Origin: Anaerolineae bacterium
Lineage (GTDB): Bacteria > Chloroflexota > Anaerolineae > Anaerolineales > Villigracilaceae
Direction: 5' to 3'
Assembly (NCBI GenBank): GCA_041498515.1
Contig: JBGQIO010000001.1
Span: 1 to 54,482 of the forward strand
DNA: 54,482 nucleotides
In this document: positions 49,322-54,482 of the stretch, one piece after another
How the letters are laid out: each line of letters starts with the position of its first letter
Position numbering within the stretch: position 1 is the stretch's first letter
Position numbers and translations under genes: made by a program
Notes under the pieces: model-generated
Told to the model about the DNA's origin: nothing
Seen by the model: the letters and a program-made list of their open reading frames with translations, nothing else
The model's database searches: none

Positions 49322-50263
49322 ATGCCAGATTTCAATATTTTGATCACGGATGGACTGAGCGACAATGGCCAGTCCATTCTTCGTGCAGCCTACAAGGTTG
49401 ATGATAAAGCGGGCATCTCTGCCGCAGAGCTTGTTAAAGTTGTCGGCGACTATGACGCCCTGATCGTGCGAGGTCGTACCAAAGTAACTTCTGAGGTTTT
49501 TGATTCCGGAAAGAAGCTCAAAGTAATTGGTCGAGCGGGCGTGGGAGTGGACAACATTGACTTGGAATCCGCCAGAAAACACGGCGTCACGGTAGTCAAT
49601 GCCCCAGTCTCGACCACGCTGGCTGTGGCTGAATTAACCTTTGGCCTCTTATTGGCCGCTGCCCGTGAATTCCCGCGTGCAGACGCGGCCATGAAAATAG
49701 GGAAGTGGTTAAAAAAAGAGTTTGAAGGCGTTGAGCTCAACGGCAAGACGCTAGGCATCATAGGCTTTGGCCGCATTGGCATGGAGGTGGGCAAGCGCGC
49801 CGCCGGTTTTGGCATGAACGTTATAGCCTACGATCCATTTGTATCGGAAGATGATATCAAATCACGGGGTGGTGAGCCGGTAACAATCCAGGAATTATAC
49901 GAATGGTCCGACTTTATATCTTTGCATCTGCCGTTAAACGTTCAGACGCGTGACTTGATCGGGCAAATGGCTCTTTCGGAGATGAAAGACGGTGTGAGGA
50001 TCATCTCTGCAGCTCGCGGTGGCATCATTGATGAGCCCGCTCTGCTGGCTGCGCTTAATTCTGGGAAGGTGGCTTGCGCGGCTTTGGATGTCTTCGCTAT
50101 GGAGCCACCCGGTGCGACTGATCTAGTCAAACATCCAAGAGTGATCACCACGCCGCACATTGCCGCACAGACCATCGAGGCGCAGGCACGCGCCGCGGAG
50201 GATATCGCCCACGAAGTAATTTCGGCCTTACGCGGCGAACCGCTACGGTGGAAAGTAAATTGA
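49322..50263 (+). CDS. D-isomer-specific 2-hydroxyacid dehydrogenase (short SerA-like phosphoglycerate dehydrogenase)
   Basis: GIIGFGRIGMEVG for NAD binding, and the catalytic R...E...H triad context (ARGGIID...TPHIAAQT). Confidence 0.85.
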   Translation: MPDFNILITDGLSDNGQSILRAAYKVDDKAGISAAELVKVVGDYDALIVRGRTKVTSEVFDSGKKLKVIGRAGVGVDNIDLESARKHGVTVVNAPVSTTLAVAELTFGLLLAAAREFPRADAAMKIGKWLKKEFEGVELNGKTLGIIGFGRIGMEVGKRAAGFGMNVIAYDPFVSEDDIKSRGGEPVTIQELYEWSDFISLHLPLNVQTRDLIGQMALSEMKDGVRIISAARGGIIDEPALLAALNSGKVACAALDVFAMEPPGATDLVKHPRVITTPHIAAQTIEAQARAAEDIAHEVISALRGEPLRWKVN

Positions 50264-50344
50264 TCTAGCCCAGTAGAGGCATATGCTTTCCAAAAATTTC
50301 ATTAAAAAACAATCATATTTAGCATATATCACCAGGAGTATTGC

Positions 50345-51847
50345 ATGCACGATAAATTGAATCAATTGAAAAAAATCATTGGGGAGGTAGCCGATCTAGG
50401 CAGCGCAGCCAGCTTGTTGGGCTGGGACCAGCAAACATACATGCCCATAGGAGGCGGGGAAGCCCGCGGCCAACAACTCGCGACCATCGGAAAACTTGCT
50501 CATCAAAAATCCACTTCAGAGGAGGTCGGTAAACTTCTGGACGAATTGAAACAGGAATTCACAGGCGCAGAACCGTCTTCAGATGACGCGGCCATGGTGC
50601 GTGTTGCCGCGCGCGATTACGACAAGGCGGTGCGTATTCCCGCTGAGTTTGTTGCAGAACAAGCCCTCGTGACAACCAAAGCTTTCGAAGCCTGGGCGGA
50701 AGCCAGATCGAAATCGGACTTTTCTATTTTCCGGCCGCATCTCGAAAAAGTCGTGGAGCTTGTCAAGAAATACGTAAGCTTCTTTCCGCCGGCGGACCAT
50801 CCGTATGATATTCTGCTGGATGATTTCGAACCGGGGATGAAGACAGCGGACGTGCAAGCTATCTTCAATGCTCTGCGGCCTAAACAAGTGGAGCTGATCA
50901 AGGCGATCGCGGCTCGTCCGCAGGTCAATGACAAATTCCTGCATAAGAAATATAACGAAAGTAAAGTATGGGAATTCAGCGCAGGTGTTACGAGGAACTT
51001 CGGTTACGATTGGAGCCGCGGACGGATGGATAAGGCTCCCCATCCGTTCGAGTCTTCTTTCAGCGTTAATGATGTTCGCATCACTAACCGTTTCGAGGCA
51101 ACCAGCCCCCTTGCGACCTTGTTCAGTGCCATGCACGAGTCAGGACATGCAATGTACGAACAGGGAATTAACCCTGATTATGAACGAACCTCCTTAGCTC
51201 ATGGGACATCCCTGGCGATCCATGAATCCCAATCACGCATGTGGGAAAACCTCGTAGGTCGATCTCTGCCTTTCTGGGAATTCTTTTATCCCCAACTTAA
51301 GAAAGTCTTTCCTTCCCAATTGGACGGAGTCGGCTTAAAGAATTTCTATAAGTCCATTAATAAAGTTGCGCCTTCTTTCATCCGCGTTAATGCAGATGAA
51401 GCTACTTATAACCTGCACATCATGCTGCGCCTGGAGCTTGAAATTGCCATGGTGGAAGGCAAAATTGCGATCAAAGACCTGCCCGAGATATGGAACTTGA
51501 AGATGAATGAATATCTTGGAGTAACACCGCCAAATGATGCACTGGGTGTTCTGCAGGATATTCATTGGTCTTACGGTTCGATCGGTTACTTCTCCACTTA
51601 CGCTCTGGGCAACCTGGTTTCTGCTCAATTATGGGAACAAATCAACAGGGATATTAAGGACCTCGATGCCCAGATTCGCAAAGGCAAATTCGACGCGCTG
51701 CTTGGCTGGCTGCGGACCCATATTCACAAACACGGTCGCAAATATGATCCGCAGGCCCTCGTCCAAAAGGTGACCGGTTCAAAGATCACCCCCGAACCTT
51801 ATGTCCGCTATTTGAAGACCAAATACTCCGACATATACGGGCTGTAA
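50345..51847 (+). CDS. Carboxypeptidase Taq-type metallopeptidase (M32)
   Basis: HPF, HESGHAMYEQG, HESQSR, DIHWS.GS.GYF.TY.LG family blocks. Confidence 0.9.
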   Translation: MHDKLNQLKKIIGEVADLGSAASLLGWDQQTYMPIGGGEARGQQLATIGKLAHQKSTSEEVGKLLDELKQEFTGAEPSSDDAAMVRVAARDYDKAVRIPAEFVAEQALVTTKAFEAWAEARSKSDFSIFRPHLEKVVELVKKYVSFFPPADHPYDILLDDFEPGMKTADVQAIFNALRPKQVELIKAIAARPQVNDKFLHKKYNESKVWEFSAGVTRNFGYDWSRGRMDKAPHPFESSFSVNDVRITNRFEATSPLATLFSAMHESGHAMYEQGINPDYERTSLAHGTSLAIHESQSRMWENLVGRSLPFWEFFYPQLKKVFPSQLDGVGLKNFYKSINKVAPSFIRVNADEATYNLHIMLRLELEIAMVEGKIAIKDLPEIWNLKMNEYLGVTPPNDALGVLQDIHWSYGSIGYFSTYALGNLVSAQLWEQINRDIKDLDAQIRKGKFDALLGWLRTHIHKHGRKYDPQALVQKVTGSKITPEPYVRYLKTKYSDIYGL

Positions 51848-51894
51848 ATCTCACGAGAAAAGGAAAGATGGACGCCCTCCATACGAGGGCGTCT

Positions 51895-52806
51895 ATGTTG
51901 TTGCTTATGCTGCAAAAATATCTTCTCATCGTCTTCCTCTCGATATTATTAGGTGGATGCGTACTTCCCGGAACTAATTCAGCACCTTCACCCTTTCCTG
52001 CGGGTTACATGCCAACCGTTATATACCTCACCGCCCAATCTATTAACGCGACCATCTCCGCAGGTATCACTCCGACCGAACCGCCCACAGAGACACCCAC
52101 TTCCATCCCACCCACACCTGCCCCGACCATAACGCCTACGCCAGCCCCCGGTTTCTCTCTGGCTGCTATCCAGATCAATAAACCTGGCCCGAGCTCCAGG
52201 ATTGTTTCACCCATAGAAGTCCAAATCCTAGCTGTGGCTGCCGATAGTAAAAAGATCGAGGTGGATTTGTTCGGTGAGGACGGTCGGCTTCTTAGCCGTA
52301 CTGTAAAAGTCGTACCTGGTCATGCAACCGGTGATTTTCTCTCGGTGAAGATTCCATTTGAGATCCGAGCAGCTGCAGAAGTCGGGGTGATCCAGGTCAG
52401 CACGAAGGATCAATTGGGTCTTCTGCAATCCCTGGATTCAGTTCGTGTACTATTATTATCAAACGGCGTCAGCCAGATCAACCCGGCAGGGAATGCGATT
52501 TACGAACGCGTGACTTTCTTTCATCTTACGCCGAAAAGCGTCGTATCCGGAGGCAGGCTGGCGGTTGATGGACAGATCACACCCTATAACCATCAACCCG
52601 TCATCCTTGAGTTGGTATCTGAGGCCGGCACGAGTCTGGGTTTGCGTGTGCTCACTTTTCCAACCCTTGACCCTCAAGAATTCAACACGACCATTCCTTA
52701 TAAAATCAGTCAGCCAACGCAAGCACGCATCTTTATTCATCAGGCAGACGATGTTCTGAATGGGCCAGCTTATGTTTTTAGTCAGACAATAACCCTAAAT
52801 CCGTAA
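51895..52806 (+). CDS. Lipoprotein with a Pro/Thr linker and Ig-like repeats; function unknown
   Basis: MLLLMLQKYLLIVFLSILLGGC lipobox, a TPTEPPTETPTSIPPTPAPTITPTPAP linker, and two beta-rich modules. The start at 51868 is less likely because it lies inside a hairpin. Confidence 0.6.
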   Translation: MLLLMLQKYLLIVFLSILLGGCVLPGTNSAPSPFPAGYMPTVIYLTAQSINATISAGITPTEPPTETPTSIPPTPAPTITPTPAPGFSLAAIQINKPGPSSRIVSPIEVQILAVAADSKKIEVDLFGEDGRLLSRTVKVVPGHATGDFLSVKIPFEIRAAAEVGVIQVSTKDQLGLLQSLDSVRVLLLSNGVSQINPAGNAIYERVTFFHLTPKSVVSGGRLAVDGQITPYNHQPVILELVSEAGTSLGLRVLTFPTLDPQEFNTTIPYKISQPTQARIFIHQADDVLNGPAYVFSQTITLNP

Positions 52807-52984
52807 AACACTTCCAAAGCGAACATAAATAAGAGTCTCCCGTGTTAATAACTGAAGGATCTCCTATTCTTGGTTATGCGGACGATTCAAAAAAACTTGT
52901 TAAAATCCAACCCGGTAGATACAAATTAATGTATAAGGACTGAACCAGACTATTCTGCATTGCTCTACAATTGCCAAATTCCGG

Positions 52985-53014
52985 TTCACAAAATCAAAAA
53001 AGAAGCAGTATAAT
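52985..53014 (+). promoter_or_regulatory. Sigma70-like promoter for tRNA-Pro
   Basis: TTCACA (52985-52990), an 18-nt spacer, then TATAAT (53009-53014), 12 nt before the mature tRNA 5' end. Confidence 0.45.
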
Positions 53015-53026
53015 GCTTCGTGCTTT

Positions 53027-53100
53027 CGGGGCGTGGCTCAGACCGGTAGAGCGCACGGTTCGGGTCCGTGAGGTCCCGAGTTCAAATCTCGGCGCCCCGA
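53027..53100 (+). tRNA. tRNA-Pro (anticodon CGG)
   Basis: Hand-folded cloverleaf. Acceptor CGGGGCG/CGCCCCG. D arm GCTC-AGACCGGTA-GAGC. Anticodon arm CACGG-TTCGGGT-CCGTG, giving anticodon CGG with G37. Variable loop AGGTC. T arm CCGAG-TTCAAAT-CTCGG. Discriminator A. No encoded CCA. Confidence 0.9.
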
Positions 53101-53111
53101 CAAGTCATCGT

Positions 53112-53140
53112 TCACCGCCTGCCTTGGCGGTGATTGATTT
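53112..53140 (+). terminator. Hairpin plus T-rich tract after the tRNA (weak terminator or processing site)
   Basis: TCACCGCC / GGCGGTGA stem followed by TTGATTT. Confidence 0.4.
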
Positions 53141-53323
53141 AATCGATTCCTAAGCTCCCCTCGAGGGGACTTTGTTTCTAATATTCTGTCCGATGATTAT
53201 TCGTTTATACATCTCCGATTTGCGACTGTTCCAAGTGCATGTAACTCGCGTTCGGACGCGCAACCCCCTTATTCCTTGTGCAGTATGAAAATCTAGCGCG
53301 ATCTGCCTAGGCCTGACCCAGAC

Positions 53324-53359
53324 GCCACCTTCGGAGAATTACCGAAGGTGGCTTTTTTT
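53324..53359 (+). terminator. Strong plus-strand intrinsic terminator
   Basis: GCCACCTTCGG / CCGAAGGTGGC is an 11-bp stem with a 7-nt loop, followed by TTTTTTT. The U-run exists only on the plus strand. Confidence 0.75.
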
Positions 53360-53419
53360 ACTAGATTAGCCTCGTCAATCGTAGTAGGCGTCTTGCAATG
53401 CTGTAAATTTCGCTACTCG

Positions 53420-54259
53420 TTATGCCTGTACCACAATCATTCTTCGCCGCGCGGATTCCCAGCGCCTGCCCAATAGGGACACAAGTCGCAAGGTGGGAAT
53501 CAACAAGATCAACCGTTTCAATTGGCGATTGATAAACCCCGGGATGACCATCGGTTTCCCTTGTAATGCCGCATCCAAAGCCTCATCCACTACCGTTCCA
53601 ATATTCTGAGTCGTAATCAGGCCCAACCATCCTTGCCGTTCAATAGCATCGATCGTTTCTGGTACCGTGGGCATTCCTGCCGGACAGAGTGCGGTGACAG
53701 TCACTCCATCGGACCGCACTTCTTCGCGCAAGGCGATTGTAAAGTCCAACAAAAAACGTTTGGAGGCGGCATACATCGCTTTGAGCGGCATCGGGGAGAA
53801 AGCGGCGGCGCTTGCTACATTGAGAATGTGGAAGGGTGTGTGTGGAGTGTGCAGTTCCAGTAACTCGCGAGTCATTTCGAGCGTTCCTTCAATATTCAAA
53901 CGAACGATGGTGCGAATTTCCTCTCGAGCGCGTTCACGGAAAGAGCCTTCGAAATCCAATCCCGCCACGTTTATCAGAAATCGAAACTGCCGCTGCGTGG
54001 CGCGAATAAATTCAAATAATTCGGTCCGGCTCGTCGATTCGGTTAAATCGCATGCATGCTGCAAAACGTGAATACCATACGTTCGACTCAACATATAAGC
54101 CAACATCTCGAGCGCCTCGGGATGGACATCCGTCAGGAATAGATTCCAACCGCGGCTGGCGCATTCGACGGCAAATGCTTTACCCAGCCCGCCGGTCGCA
54201 CCCGTGATCAAGACAGAAATTTTTTCATTGGGAAAGTTCGGCGCGGTCAGGGATTGCAT
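53420..54259 (-). CDS. Short-chain dehydrogenase/reductase (SDR) family oxidoreductase
   Basis: ITGATGGLGKAF, NVAG and YAASK motifs. A perfect AGGAGG RBS lies before the ATG at 54259. The 72-codon upstream extension in the ORF track (TTG start) is probably not part of this gene. Confidence 0.85.
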   Translation of the reverse strand: MQSLTAPNFPNEKISVLITGATGGLGKAFAVECASRGWNLFLTDVHPEALEMLAYMLSRTYGIHVLQHACDLTESTSRTELFEFIRATQRQFRFLINVAGLDFEGSFRERAREEIRTIVRLNIEGTLEMTRELLELHTPHTPFHILNVASAAAFSPMPLKAMYAASKRFLLDFTIALREEVRSDGVTVTALCPAGMPTVPETIDAIERQGWLGLITTQNIGTVVDEALDAALQGKPMVIPGFINRQLKRLILLIPTLRLVSLLGRRWESARRRMIVVQA

Positions 54260-54482
54260 TTCCTCCTGAGGCGCCGCTCCGTCCAAGCCGCACATCCGTG
54301 CTGAAACTTCCCACAACTTGAACGCAGCCGCGCAGTCGAGGGATCTGCGGGACACAGGTTGAGGTATGCCCTGCCTCCACAAATTTGCAGGCGAATTATG
54401 AATCGTCGGCTCATTTAACAGGAACACCACACCGCTCGCCGACTCTTCAGGCGTATCACCGCCTGACCGACGCAATTCCCAA

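Noticed and set aside
54260-54482. The ORF track extends the SDR gene to a TTG start at 54475, and the frame stays open to the window edge.
   Set aside because: A perfect AGGAGG RBS precedes the ATG at 54259, right before the TGATGGLG Rossmann motif. The upstream stretch may be non-coding or belong to an upstream gene cut by the window end, and I cannot tell which.
1-54482. I looked for CRISPR arrays, transposases or IS elements, integrases, prophage modules, toxin-antitoxin pairs, and retron or DGR reverse transcriptases.
   Set aside because: I noticed no regularly spaced direct repeats, no DDE, tyrosine or serine recombinase or RT motifs in any ORF, and no terminal inverted repeats flanking a gene block. 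By-eye repeat detection over 54 kb is limited, so a self-dot-plot would be needed to be sure.

Overview
This is a dense, mostly housekeeping chromosomal segment with about 50 CDS on both strands. Many neighbouring genes overlap by 1-11 nt at start/stop, which suggests operons. The protein repertoire looks like a Chloroflexota/Anaerolineae-type bacterium, but that is inference only. It includes FtsH, MiaA, GlnA, NusB, TatAC, FabG, L25/Ctc, MtnA, TrmI, a GltD-like protein, MacAB-type and ABC-2 exporters, a TtuA/TtuB-like tRNA thiolation pair, and many lipoproteins with Pro/Thr linkers. One tRNA-Pro(CGG) is present. I saw no rRNA, CRISPR array, transposase, integrase or recognisable defence system. 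The most unusual item is a structured RNA on the minus strand at about 15365-15650. It has its own sigma70-like promoter and an intrinsic terminator, and it carries, in the right order, the sequence blocks I associate with the glmS ribozyme core. No glmS gene lies downstream. Other items worth a second look: a perfect 22-bp G-rich inverted repeat in a divergent promoter region; a TtuB-like sulfur carrier with two residues after the GG tail, translationally coupled to TtuA, a cupin and YcaQ; a prokaryotic pentameric ligand-gated ion channel homologue; a cluster of L-amino-acid-oxidase-like, leaderless GH25-LysM muramidase and penicillin/AHL-acylase-family genes; and an AT-rich 0.7-kb gap ahead of a MacAB-like exporter. 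All family calls come from reading motifs in the supplied translations, not from database searches.
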